A stretch of DNA of 64,000 nt from Lama guanicoe (taxonomy: Eukaryota), in the NCBI GenBank assembly GCA_013239625.1, contig MU054001.1:4256167-4320166 (forward strand), in the 5' to 3' direction. Under the pieces are notes generated by a model. It was not told where the DNA came from. It worked only from the letters and a program-made list of their open reading frames with translations, and did not search any database. A program made the translations under genes and the position numbers. Within the stretch, counting starts at the first letter, position 1. The number at the start of each line of letters is the position of its first letter. Below are positions 1 to 13,349 of the stretch, piece after piece.

Positions 1-1144
1 CCCATACTCATACCCCACTTTACCTGGCTCTCCTCCAGGGCCCCAGGCCAGGGTCAGAGCCGACTTAGAGGTGGCCTGGCCCTTGCCTGCCCCTCCTCGG
101 CCAGCGTCCAGGCTCACACATGTGAAGCCTCCTTCCACCAGCTACCTAATGAGAGTGAGTCACCTCTGGGACCCACCACTTCCTGCTCTGGCGGCGGGAG
201 CAGCAGAAAGGCTAACACTGAACCCCCAGCTCAGCGCCTCTCGGGGTGTGCAGGGGGCCCCAGCGGAGCCCTCCACAGGAGCGGAGGGGAGCTGTCAGAC
301 CAGGCTGCTGGCTCCAATGACCTCATGGAAATTGGAGGCTTCAAGCTGGAACAATTTTCAAAAAGTAAAAATAAAACAAGCGCCAAAAGCCTCCATTAGA
401 AGCCTGGTGATGACGGTTGGAGGCAAGGAGTAAATGCCTCCTTAATGAGCAATTAGAAGCGAGAGCAGCCTGGCATTCACATAGGCCCTGAGCCTCAGTT
501 TCCCACCCACACAGTGACGGGCCTCGTCCATCTCTGAGAGGTCAAAGGGCTCCAGTCTGGCCTGCTGCCTCTCCATTTCACAGCTGTCCCCATGCTGGGG
601 CCAGGCCAGAGGGCAAGACCAAGGCCCATGCTTAGAGTTCCTGTCCCAAACAGCCCCCAGAGAACCCCAGCTGCCCTGGGCCCCAGGAGGCCAGGAATCA
701 AGCCCTTTCTGCTTTGCCAGGCCTGTTTCCCTACTGGGATCACAGGGTGCTCAGTGGTGAGGCAGCAGACTAGGAAGGACTGGGAAGTGGCATGCAGAAA
801 CTTCCCAAAACAGAGCGGGGAGGATACCGCCTGGTCCTCAGGGAGCCTTCTGAGCATGTCACTTGGGGACCTGGGATTATTTTTTACCTTTTCTCCTGAC
901 AATAAACCCTACTGTTTAGTAATAAACTGGGGAACAGAGCCCAATTTTCCCACTGACACACCTTGCTCTCTGCAGGCCTCCCTTCCAGCTCCTTCCTCAG
1001 AAGAGGCAGACTCTTCCCTGCTGACCTACTGCACCACCAGCCCTGGCCACCTGGCAGTGGACGCCCCATCCCTCATACCAAGTGCAAGGTCCCAGCAGGC
1101 AGAACCTATGCACACAGGCTAACGCACCCTGAGATCAGCATTTA

Positions 1145-1360
1145 AACACTGACTGTGTGCTGGGCACCATGCACAGCCTCATGAGGAGGGCCTGCCATTA
1201 TGCCCATTCTACAGAAAGGAAAACTGAGGCTCAGAGAGGCTGCTCACTTGCCCAAGCACACACAGCTAAAAACAAAATTTTTTTAATAAAAAGGCAAAAT
1301 CAGGATTCAAACTCAGGTCTGTCTGACTCTACAGCCTGTGCTCTCAACCACTCACACCAT
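1145..1360 (-). mobile_element. MIR SINE
   Basis: CCCATTCTACAGAAAGGAAAACTGAGGCTCAGAGAG core; GGATTCAAACTCAGGTCTGTCTGACTC. Confidence 0.75.
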
Positions 1361-2799
1361 GACCCTCCCCAGAAGCAAAGAAGGGCTTCCCTAGAGACAG
1401 CCTGCTCCACATCCCTCTACACCCTCTTTGGTAGAGGTTGCCTGAGACCTCCAAGCCCTGGCCTCAGTGCTCCCAAACCTGCTGGACAAACTCCCCCAAG
1501 GCAGCTGTGGGCTTTCTCTGCATCTGACAGGGAAGACTGGCTTCTGTTCGCTCAAGGTGCCAGGTACAAAGCACAGCCTGACCCTTTCCTGTTCCACTCA
1601 GCAACACCTGCCCTTTTCCCGTGGACAAGACCCCCAACTAGTGCTGGGGGCGCAAGTATGACTTGGACATAGCCCCTGCCAGGCAAGCTCCATGTTGAGT
1701 CATGCCCACCAATGGCATGGCACAAAGATCTGGGAGAAGCATCCATGAAGGCGAGATAGGTGATCTGGAGCTTGGGGGAGAGAGACCTCACTCAGGTAGG
1801 GGAGGTTCGGGGCTTCCCGAGACAGGGCGTCCCCAGCCCAGGAGATGGCCCAGCTGATCCCTGACTGGTGCATGGGGGCAGTAGGCTACAGAGAGTGGCA
1901 AGGAGGTGAAACAGCGGGCAAGAAGGAATAACACTGCAGCAAAAACAAGACACACACGTTTGGCAGTCAGCCAAGAGACAAATAATGCTGAGCGCTGAGC
2001 AAACAGCTTGGCCCTGTTTGACAAACCCAGATGTGGAGCCCATCCCCCTAGGGAAGAAACCCAGCACCCCAGTGCATTTCAAACTGCAGGCAGATTTCTG
2101 GGAGAAGGCATGAGCAGGAAAACCGTCTGTACTACAGTCACCTCATCTTTTTCTTTCCCTTAGAGTTAGGGGGCTCACCACACACCAGAGGAGCCTTGAG
2201 GGGGGTCTGAGCACTAAGGCTGGCAACTCACCCTCAACCCCACCCCTTGTCCCATGCACGTGGGGTGAAGAGGCCAAAAGACCTGCAGTCAGGACCTCTA
2301 TCGAGTGACCTTGGCCAAGTTACATGATCTTGGCAGCTCAGGGAGCCCATCTGTAAAATCCAGACGATATCATCCAACTCCCTGGGAGGCCATGAGGGTC
2401 AAGTGAAAAATGTGTATAAAGCACACAGTAAGTGCTCAATTAAAGCCAAACACAAGAGTGGGCAGATAGAGGGTGTTCTCTTAGTTCCAAACCCTAGATC
2501 GTGGCTCTACTGCATGCCTGCCCTGGTCAAAGACCTTCCATGGTTTCACAGTGAATCCTGAGTCCAGTCCTGGCTCCTCCTCTTGACCCCATCACACACA
2601 CACCTGGCCCAATTCATCTTTCCATCCTGATCTCCTTTGACCCCATAATCCAGCTGCCTCACCCTGCCATGCCTTGGCTCAGGCCTTTCTGCCACCAGGA
2701 ATGGTCAAAATGCTACTCATCCTGCCAAGACAAGTATAAATGCCACCTCTTTCAGGAAGTGATGCCCTGTCATCACCTCCTGGGCCACAGTGCCACAAG

Positions 2800-3394
2800 C
2801 CTCTCCTGAGAGGATATACACTGTTCCCTTCCTTCTGCAGCATCCATTTCCACTTCTAGTAACAGCTCCCTATTCCTATGGGGAAACCAGCCCTTCAGGG
2901 GTGGGCTCACGAGACCAGTGCCCATTGAGGAATGAACAGGTGACTCAAAGTGGTCCAATGAGATTCAATTCTGAGACTTGCTGGAACTAAGTGGGAAAAA
3001 AAAAAAAGGTCCTGTCATTTCACTAGGCTGGTAGGATGTGAGCTGGAAGCTGCTGGGGCCATCCTTGCCACGGTGGTAGTCAGCCTCCAAAGACTCTTAC
3101 CTCCAGGTGTTCATGCCCTTGTATGGTCCCCTCCCACATTACCTGGGTGACCAACAAAGCACTGCAGAAATCACTTGTTTGACTTCTGAAGTCATGAAAG
3201 ACAATGTAGTTTCCACCTTGCTCCCTCTTGGATCACTCACCCTGGGGGACGCCAGCCAACATGTAGTGAGGACACTCAAGCAGCCCTGTGGTAAGAAGCT
3301 GAGACCTCCTGCCCACAGCCAGCACCAACCTGCCATCCATGTGACTGAGCCACCTCGGAAGCAGACCCTCCAGCCCCAGTCAAGACTGGACTGA
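2800..3394. mobile_element. Old ERVL/MaLR-type LTR fragments
   Basis: Recalled MLT1-like motifs (CACAGCCAGCACCAACCTGCCA, CCTCCAGCCCCAGTCAAG); boundaries approximate. Confidence 0.5.
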
Positions 3395-5382
3395 CACACT
3401 CGCTCTGTAGCATCCCTGTCAGACCAGAGTGACGGAGGGTCACCTCTTCTCTTCCAGCAGACCCACCCCTCCCAGCACCTGGTACTCCAGAGGACTTGAT
3501 GACATTTCTGCCATACTGATCTGCACCCAGAGTCTCCGAACAAGAACACAGAGCAGAAATGCAGAATCTATTCTGTACAGCTAATAGCGCTCACTCTGCC
3601 TGGGAGGACACAGCAGGCTGGCTGAGTACTGGTTTCAGGTCTGCTGGCTGCCCTCCTCCATGCTCCCAGCTCTTCCACGCTCTGCTCCGGGCCAGGAGGA
3701 CTGAAGTGAGATCCCCCAGGAGACAGTCTTGCTGGAGCAGCCACAGCCTTGTGATCCTGTCACTCACTCTCCTCCCAGACTGATTTTTCACACGGGGGCG
3801 GGGGTGGGGGCTGCATTCCAATGCAGCGACTCACCTCTGGCCCCTCTGCCTTCATCTCTTCCCGGATGACTGTAGGCTCGGGGTGTGCTAGGATCCCTTC
3901 CTTCCCCAGGCTGGGAACATATGGGGGTGCTCTGGCTCACTCCTTCACTGAACACACAGAAAACTGAGTTTCCAAAGAAGAAGGGGCTGACCGAGGTTAT
4001 GCAACCAGTTACAAGTTATAGGATGGAAAAGGGCCTTCACCCCTAATCAGTGGTGGCCCTAAGGGGTGACTTGAGGTGAGCCACAATGCCACTCCAAAAA
4101 AACACATGTGCTAATAAGTAAACAGCATCTTTGCTACCAAACTCAGCTCCCCTCGGCCACTGCCCCTCCCACATGGAAATCCAAATAGCTGCTGTTTGCC
4201 CCAGCTCCAACGCCAGAGTCAGGAGAGATGAACAACGCTGCACCATGTTGGAGGTACAGCCTGCCGGAGGGCAGGGGGCTGGCTCCCCTGACCCCCATGG
4301 CCCCAGCCTCTGCCAGGCCAGGGACAGGAACAGGAGAAGGAAAGGGGCAGCCCGGGTCACAGTGTGTTGAGTAACAGCAGAGAATCCTAAAAGAACAGAT
4401 GTGAAAGCAACTGCCCTGCCAACCCAAAGTCCTTATTTCCTTTGAAAAACTTGGCAGCTGGGCTACACCAGCGGCAGCCGGTCCCTCCCCACACCCCTCT
4501 TGGTGTGAACTATGGAGGGACAGGGAAGAAGACCACGTCCCTCACTACAGCTCCTAGGATGGGGGTTATGGAGACGCCACGAGGTAAAAACAGACCTGTG
4601 CGCGGAGTGCAATCTTTTATTTAATGATACCACAGACAAATACATGTATTTTTTTGCACATAAGAAACTCTGGAAGAATATACTTCTAATTTTAGGAGCT
4701 ATCACTAAGTAATAAAATTTAGCACAGTTTTAATTTCATATCTTATTTATGTCTGTTTTCCAATTTTCTCCAATGAAAATACACTACCCATCTCATTAAA
4801 AGATAACAGGAAAAACAACTACAATGGAGAAAAAGCAGGAAAAGTGAAAAACAATGGCCTGAGACTTCTCCACCCAGTGCCAAACTCGGCACCACTTATA
4901 ACCAGGAGAAAATGGAAGGTTTTTATGATAATTAAAAATACTACTACGTTAAAGACACTGAACATCACAAAAAGAAATTAAAGTAGACAATGCAAGACTC
5001 CCAGGAGAAGTTTGCAACCCCATCTCCAAGGTACTCTTGTATGAAAAAAAAAGGAAAATCAAAACGAAATTATAACAAGGCTTTAGATACAACTACCAAG
5101 GCTTAGTGGGTAAAAAACACATTCAGCATTACTGGAAGCTCTACTAAAGGAAAAGGGCCACGGCTTCAAAAAAAACATGGCATGAGAGAGAGAATGAATG
5201 AATATCAATTCCACAGATAAAAGAAGACTTGAGAAATATATCAGCCAATCTCATTACATAGACCTCCTTTGGATCCTGATTTTTAAAAACTAAAATAATA
5301 TATATTTTTGACATGTAGGAAACAACTGGAAATTTGAACACCAAATACACTGGGTAGCTGTGATCTTATAGAATATTGCTAA

Positions 5383-6258
5383 CACGTGAGAAAAATGCTC
5401 AGTATCACTAATTATCAGAGAAATGCAAATCAAAACTATAATGAGGTATCACCTCACACTAGTCAGAATGGCCATCATTCAAAAGTCCACAAATGATCAA
5501 TGCTGGAGAGGATTTGGAGAAAAGGGAACCCTCCTACACTGTTGGTGGGAATGCAGTATTGTGGAAAATAGTATGGAGATTCCTCAAAAGACTAAAAGCA
5601 GACTTGCCATATGATCCAGCATTCCCACTCCTGGGCATATATCCAGAAGGAACCCTACTTCAAAGAGACACCTGTACTCCAAAGTTCATAGCAGCACTAT
5701 TTACAATAGCCAAGACATGGAAACAACTAAATGCCCATCAACAGATGACTGGATAAAGAAGTTGTGTTATATTTATACAATGGAATATTATTCAGCCATA
5801 AAAATGACAACATAATGCCATTTGCAGCAACATGGATGTCCCTGGAGAATGTCATTCTAAGTAACCCAGAAAGAGAAAGAAAAATACCATAAGATATTCA
5901 CTCATATGTGGAATCTAAAAAAAAAAAAAGAAGAAGAAGAAGACAAGTGAACTTAAATACAAAACAGAAACAGACTCACAGACTTTGAATACTAACTTGT
6001 GGTTGCCAGGGCAGTAGGGGATGGGAAGGGACAGACTGGGAGTTCGAGATTTTTAGATGCTGACAGGTATGTATAGAATAGATAAACAAGTTTATACTGT
6101 ATGGCACAGGGAAATACATTCAAGATCTTGTGGTAGCTCACAGTGAGGAGGGATATGAAAATGAATATATGTATATTCGTGTATGACTGAAAAATTGTGC
6201 TGTACACCAGAAATTGACACAACATTGTAAACTGACTATAACTCAATTTAAAAAAAAA
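5383..6258 (+). mobile_element. 5'-truncated, relatively young LINE-1 (ORF2 C-terminus, 3' UTR, poly(A))
   Basis: [32 protein letters not shown]2 C-terminal motif; 13-bp TSD AGAATATTGCTAA 5370-5382 / 6259-6271. Confidence 0.93.
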
Positions 6259-6339
6259 AGAATATTGCTAAGTTTTAGATGTGGTAATAATACTCTTGGT
6301 GTTTTTTTTTTTTCAGTCCTTATCTTTTAGGGATACATA

Positions 6340-6628
6340 CAGGCATACCTTGGCAGTATTGTAGGTTCAGTTCTAGACCAGTACAATAAAGCAAATATCG
6401 CAATAAAGTGAGTCACACAAATTTTTTGGTTTTATAGTGCATATAATGTTATGTTTACATTGTAGCCTATTAAGTGTACAATAGCATTGTCTAAAGAAAC
6501 AATGTGCATACTTCATCACTAAAAAAAAAATGCTAACCATCATTTGACAAGGCAAGGAGGCCACAAACCTTCAATTTGTAAAAAAAAAACGCAGTATCTG
6601 CAAAGTGCAATAAAACAAAGTATGCCTG
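6340..6628 (+). mobile_element. Tigger1-derived non-autonomous DNA transposon
   Basis: TIRs CAGGCATAC...GTATGCCTG with TA target duplications. Confidence 0.85.
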
Positions 6629-8956
6629 TACAACAATTTTTACAGAAGAAGTGATATAGGTCTGGAGAGGGGAAGTGTGTGGGAGTAGAGATGACCCAGG
6701 TTGGCCAAGAGCTGGAAACCGTGACATCTCAGGGATGGGTATGTGGGGGTGGACATGCTATTCTGTCTTTCTCTGTGGGTGTTTAATTTTTCCATAATGA
6801 AATGTTGAAACGTTGTCCCTGTAAGAGCTCTGGCATCTGTTGTCTCATTTAGTTTCACTCAGTGAAGAGGTCATTTTCAGACCCTTCCTGCAGATGAGGA
6901 ATGCCCCCACCCCTTCTGAGAGGGAGTCTCAGAGCAAGTAACATAGCATCGCCTCAGCCCTCCTTCTGACTGAACGGGGTGGGAGAGAGCTTGCCAGCCC
7001 CCGACTCGCTCAATGAACCACGCAGACTTGCTCCCAGCCTGAACCCCGAGCATGGGCAGAGACGACCCAGGACCAGCATGGGAGGCTGCAGGGTTGCAGG
7101 CTCCCCCATCACATACCAGCCTGGAAGGGAGGCCACATTTTCCTTTGCCTCCACCTCCACGCACCTCCCCCACAGGAGCTTAAAGGCTTCCAGTACCAGC
7201 CTGGACGGCGGCACCTTAACCCCTCTCCTGGCAAAGCCCTCCGGTGGGAGCCCCTCCCCGTCTCATTCTCTGACCACAAAGCAGCTTACCAGGGGCAGGA
7301 GGCGCCCCAGACCTCCATGCCCTCGGATGCAGCCCTACCACAAACCTGCAACCAGTCTCAGCATCACAAAGTGAGAAGTGGACCTGTCTTAACTTACCCT
7401 ACAGAAAAGACCCCCCGGTGTATACAAAGACCTAGCTACCCACCACCTGGCTACCTCACAGTGCTCTACCTGCAAAAACACTGGAAACAACCTGAATGGC
7501 CAGCAACGGGGGACAGAGAAAAATCAGCCAGGGCTCCTCGTGTACCAAATACTGGGGTGAGCCTGACGTGTCTGGGAACCCCAACAACTCCACTCATAAA
7601 GCCTGGGGGCAAGATGGACAGACACAGAAAGAAATGCTGTGATGCTCAGTTTTTTGTCATCATATATTAAACAGAAAAACAAGAAGTCACTTGGAAAGAC
7701 CTACCCCAACACATTAATATATATTAATGAGTGCAGATTCTGGGTTTTTTCTCCACTTTACTACTTAGGTTTTTTTATTTTTTTAATATTAAATATGAAT
7801 TATTTCTGTAATTAACACAAAATTAAAGCCATTTGAAAATAAGGAATAAGTTGGCTCTCTCCTCTCTGGGAATGCAGCTCAGAGCCTTGGCCCAGGAGAC
7901 AGGAGGTCACACTGCCTCTCTGAGCCTCAGTTTCCCCATCTGTCAGACACCAAACCCACCAAGTGAGCTCCTCCCACCTCTTCACGGAGCCTGCTCCCTC
8001 CCCTGTGAGATGGGATGATAAGGCACATGGACAGGGCCACATAAACAATGCCCGCCCAGCCTCCCCCCGCCACCCCACGGACAGGTACCCCCATTTCTAG
8101 CCTTTGCTCATTCCTCTATCTCTTGAGCCCCTACTGACTCTGAACCCAGCCTGGTGGGGACCAACAGCATCAGAGGCCAAACGGGATGAAACAACCCTCG
8201 TGACCATATCCGCAGACCTCCACCAGCCCGAGCCTGACAGGCTGGCCCCTCCAGTCCTTCTGACCACCCTCCGGGAAGGCGGGACACCCCTACTTTACAG
8301 AGGAAGAAACAGAATCTCAGGTAAGAGAAATGGCTGCCCACATTCAAACACCAAACCAAGATGAAGACTGCAGCCTGGGGGCCCTTCTGTGAGTTCCTCC
8401 TCCATCCTCCTCACGGGGTGTCATTAAACCACCCTCTACCCCTTCTCAAGAGCCAGACGCATTGCTTAGGGCTTCAGGCAGGATTGAAGGAGGACTGGGA
8501 ACATGGCAGGACACAGCAGACTGGAGCCACAAAACTCAGACTCCTCCTCCTCCCTTGCAACCCCCAGCCTCTCCTCACACACACATAGGTACTCCAGTAT
8601 AGATCAATCAAAGGAGGTACAACACAGCACCTTCTGGACGGAGGAGTGCGTTGGGGAGCAGAGAATCTAAGGTGGACGTGGGAGGAGGGGAAGAACCCAA
8701 GCCTTGGGGCCAGGGACCCGGGGGTCAGATGTACCATGGCACTCCCCCAGGACGACAAACCCTGACCCCCCAGAGGCCAGACAGGACATCAACCAGTAAG
8801 GCTGGCTGGATGGGTGGGGACGGGGGCAAACTGGAGGCCCAAGCCCTGCGCAAAGAGGAGCTGCTGCCCAGATTCAGCCCATAACTGCCGCGAAGGGATG
8901 TGGCCAGTGTTGCAGGCCTTCTGGGTTATCAAAGGAAATCAGAAAGCAGAGTTCTT

Positions 8957-9212
8957 ACGGAAACAGACTCACAGACATAGAAAATAAACTTATGGTTACC
9001 AAAGGGGAAAAGGGCAGCCAGGGGAGGGACAAATGAGGAATATGGGATTAAGAAATCCATACCACCATATATGAAATAAACAACAAGGATTCACTGTATA
9101 ACACAGGGAACTATATTCAACACCTTCAATAAACTATAACGTAGAAGAATCTGAAAAAATTGTATACATACACACACACACACACACACACACATATCTT
9201 AAAAAAAAAAAA
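8957..9212 (+). mobile_element. Artiodactyl-type L1 3' end with (CA)n microsatellite and A-tail
   Basis: GAAACAGACTCACAGACATAGAAAATAAACTTATGGTTACC, similar to 5968-6008; (CA)n about 9170-9194. Confidence 0.75.
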
Positions 9213-9959
9213 GAAATCTGGGCTTTTACGTAAAATCTCCTGGTTTCAGATGCTAGCAATTAATCCAAAATAAAATTTAAGCAGTTCTCCTATCAGTGTT
9301 CTAAACTCACTACTCCATGGCCGTGAGCAAACCACTCAATCTCTTTGAGCTTCCACTGTTGTCTGTAAAGTGGAGATTAACACAGGGTATTTTAACACTG
9401 AGATAAGATAACACTTCGCCCATATTAATGGTCATAAAAAGCAACAGTAACAGTAGCAGCTAATGTCCGCTGAGTGCCAGGCTCTGTTCTAAGTAACATG
9501 AGTTCATGTTATTTCATTCATCCTATTAGATGGGCATTTTTTTACCTTTGTATTTTTAAATAGTTTCAAACTTTCAGAAATGTTACAAGAAAAGTACAAA
9601 AACCCCTCCTATACTTTTAATGCAGATTTGCCTGTTTGTACCCTTTTGTCTCACTTTCTTTACTATCTGTCTATATATCGGTTTCTCTTTATTGCCTGAG
9701 AGTGATTTGCTTATACTGTGCCCCTCTACCCCTAAATACTTCAGTACATATTTCCTAAGAACAAGGACCCATTTAAACATTTATAGGTCATTTAATATTG
9801 ACACACGACTTTAATCTATAGTCCATATCCAACTTCATCAACTGTCCTAATATTGTCTTTCATACATTTTTTTTCAGCCCAGGTTCACATACTGCATTCG
9901 GTTGTCATGTCACTCTATTAATTGGAACTCTTCCTTGGCTTTTGAGGCAACTATTCACA

Positions 9960-10100
9960 TTGTCTCCATTTTATAGATAAGAAAGTGAAGCTCAGAGAGG
10001 TTGAAGTACCTGCCCAAAGTCACACAGCTAGGAAATGTTGAGCTGGGACTCAAGCCCACAGGGTTCCCTCCGGAGCCTGTGTTCTTGTCCTCCAGGCTTA
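9960..10100 (-). mobile_element. MIR SINE (its other part is probably at about 9450-9530, split by an old L1 fragment)
   Basis: CCATTTTATAGATAAGAAAGTGAAGCTCAGAGAGGTTGAAGT core. Confidence 0.65.
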
Positions 10101-13100
10101 AAAGCTTGCAAATAATAGCCTTTGTTGTTAATAATTAAAAACAGTGGCTCCCTCTGCAAACAGGTAGATGACTGCTCATAGCCACCTCACTCAACAGGTG
10201 GTCATTAACTGAAAGAGTGGCCTCCTATGCACATACTGGCTGGACCTCTTGTCACCAGGTCCCTGCACCTGGCAGTGGCCCTAGCATAATGTCCACCTCC
10301 CCACCCTGCAGGGCCTCATTTAGGCCCCTCTATACAAGCAGGGCAGTGGAGAGCTGAGGGGGTCGGGCGGTTAGAACCACAGCTCCTGAGTTACTTTTTC
10401 CCCACTTAAAGTGACAGCCCAGGCTTCAATACTCATGTCCAAAAATCAAAGGAAAGCAAATACCCCAGAGACAGAGACTGAAGCCAAAAGGCCCCCAAGC
10501 CCATGTCCCTGACCCACAGATCACCAGGACTGAAGGGGACCCCTGAGGTCAGTTGTCCAAAAGGGGGCTGAGCACTTTCTAACACACACGACAGGGTTGC
10601 ATTGGAGGGAAGAGTTTACAAGAAGATGGAACAGCAAGGGCTGCAGGTGGGAGCTGACTTCTCACAGCAGGGAGCAGGAAGGACTCAGTACTGGAGAGCA
10701 TCACTCAGCCAGTGGTACGAGCAAAGAGGGGCAGCAGGCTGTGGGCTAATTCCACAGACTCAGCTTTGTCAGTGAGGACCCATAGGAATGTGGAGTCATC
10801 CACTCCTCTGGGGCCTGAAACCCCTAACCCCAATTCTAACCTAGGCCAGGCAGCATCAGCTTAGAAAACCACCCTTTTTGGTTCCCAGATGGATGTGGCT
10901 CAGGTCCTGGAAGCTGCCACCGACCTTGCCTCCATCACCCCTGGCCTGGTGTCTCTCCCAAGAGAGGCCACCATCACCCCTGGACAGGAGTCCACCCACC
11001 AGCCAGGCCCATCAGATAGCTCTCCAACACTCAGTCATGAGACCCAGATACCAGCAAACTCACATGCGAAAAGGCACCACTGCCAACAAGAAGCTTTGCA
11101 ACAGATCAATCAGAATGTCAAATGAGTTCCGGGCCCTTCTGTTGGGTTTTGAGGCTAATCTGTGCTAAAATGTCTCAAAATCCTGGGACATTCCTGTTGG
11201 ACGCCCTATTAAATTCAGAAGTTTCCAGACCTCACCTGCAAACCCAATTCCAACTTTCAGAAGCAGAACAGCTCTTGAAAGTTTCCCAAAACAATAAAAA
11301 AAAGGAATAGTTTTGCTTTTCTTCTTCACTGTAGACAATTTTGAAAATACAGAAAGCATGAATAAATAAGAAAATTATCTATCAACAAACTCCCCCAAAG
11401 ATATCCCAATGAAGACCCCTCTTGTCCATCCTTCCAGTTCCCAGTGCACAGACTGGCCTGCCTGTTGTGTGAGTCTCTCTTTACAGGTATTTGGGTTCAA
11501 GGTGCAATCACTCCATGACCCCTTTTGGCCAGTGGGCTTATGAGGGCAGGGACCACGCCTATCTTGTTTCTCTGCCTCCTGCCCAGGCAGGCCATTCCAG
11601 GCTCCCTTGCTGGAGTGGGCCTCGGAATCAACATAAGCCATTATCCTCAAACTAGCAGTCCAGTTGAGCCCAGCTACAGAAGAAGGGGCTCCAAGAGATG
11701 GGGTCCATAGCAAAGCCCCAGAGCATCCCCGGGTATGGGGTAGGAATAGGAGGAAGGGAGAGCAGACAGGTTGGCAGGAAGGCAGTATGTTCTGTCCTTG
11801 AGGGGGATCTAATGGGCCCTCTTGAGACTGCCCGCTGGGGTGGGATCAGGCTCCCGATGTGTGTACTCAAACGGACTCCACCAGAACCAGACCAGAACAG
11901 GATGGGAAGACCAGGAGCCCAGGCCCTAGTCTCAGCTCCAGGCCTAACTTGCTATGAGACCTTTGATGACTTCAGCTTTTCCCACCCAGAATGGTGCTGA
12001 TCATTCAAGCCCTAACTCACAGGATTGAACGATACAAGGAACATGCCACAGCTTTATAAGCCATCTGACCTCAGAAATTGGAGCTCTCCCACCTCTCCAT
12101 GCCCTCCTCCAATAAAGGCCAAGAGCAATCTCTCTCGAAAGCCTGAGAGCAGCAAAGGCTGAGGAAGGAGACCTGCTGTCTGAAGATCCTGAACTTTCAG
12201 CACTGGGGGAGGCAGCTCCAAAAAGCTCCCTGTGAACCCATCTCTGCCTCACAGGCCCAGCTTGGCCACTCGGGTGGGACCTCCTCACTACACTGAGGGT
12301 CTGTCCCCAGAGTTCCAGGTCCACAGCAGACACGCTCCCCTCTCCTATGAGGGCATCTGCCGACGTGTGAAAGCAGTGACAATACTAGAGGTTCTCATCT
12401 CAGAGCCCAAAGCCTCAGCCTGCCAAGCCCCCTCACTCTCATACCCTGAGACCCCTGTGGTCCAGCTGGTCATCCACTGATTCATTCATTCATACTTCTG
12501 TTGAGCAGCATCCTGGACCAGATCTGTGGGGGGCTTCAGGAAGTGATGAGGGCCCTGAACCTAAAGCCAGTTCAGATCTGGTCACTCCACGCACAGCCCA
12601 ACCACCAAAGGCATCTGTGGTCCTCATCTTAAAGGCTCCACTTCTAAGAACAGGGCCCCAAACTCTCATTTTCCAACTTTGGCTCTGGGACTCAGAAAGA
12701 ACATGAGTTCTTAGCCTTTGAGGGAGAGGACCCAAGATATAAACCAGAAGAGAGAACAACTCTAGGCCACACTGAGAAAGACTCCAGCATCTATCTGGCC
12801 CCCAACCAGGGTGGGTTACCACCACTGCCCATCTCCTTCAATTGAACGGTTAGGTTTCAGAATTTCCCCACTGGGGATCCAAGTCGGAGCAAATGCCTTG
12901 CCGGCTCTCCCATCCACATACGGCCCCCCCAAGCTGGTGAAGGGTCCTGCTCACTGTTGGCTGTGGTTGGACTGCCTCCAAACCTGAACCCTAATCTTGC
13001 CTTCAACAGAGTGCTCTCCCTTTGAGTTATTTTTCACTTTAAACAGGATATACTGACCCTCTAGAGGCCCCTGCCTTGCCAGAGTCTGGAGAACCTTACA

Positions 13101-13349
13101 AACCAGCCCCTCTTTAGCGTCATAACCAATGGGCGCTCCAACAGGGTGGTCCGGGGGTGCCGGGCCCAGGAGGGCACAGAGCCACGTCCCTGTCTGGTCT
13201 CAGTCTTGTCATCCGGAAAGTGGGGTTGGGCCCCAGTCCCTGCCAGCTGGGGTCCTGCCTGGGAACTGCCCCCCCACCCCGCCCCCTTCCTTCGCAGTGC
13301 CTGAGAAAGGGGACATCTGAGAAGACCCACCGCAAGCTTCGGCAGGAGA

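Noticed and set aside
1..13000. ADCY7 coding exons or other genes among the many 60-180 aa ORFs
   Set aside because: No adenylyl cyclase or other recognisable protein sequence; the ORFs overlap MIR/LTR relics and GC-rich intron
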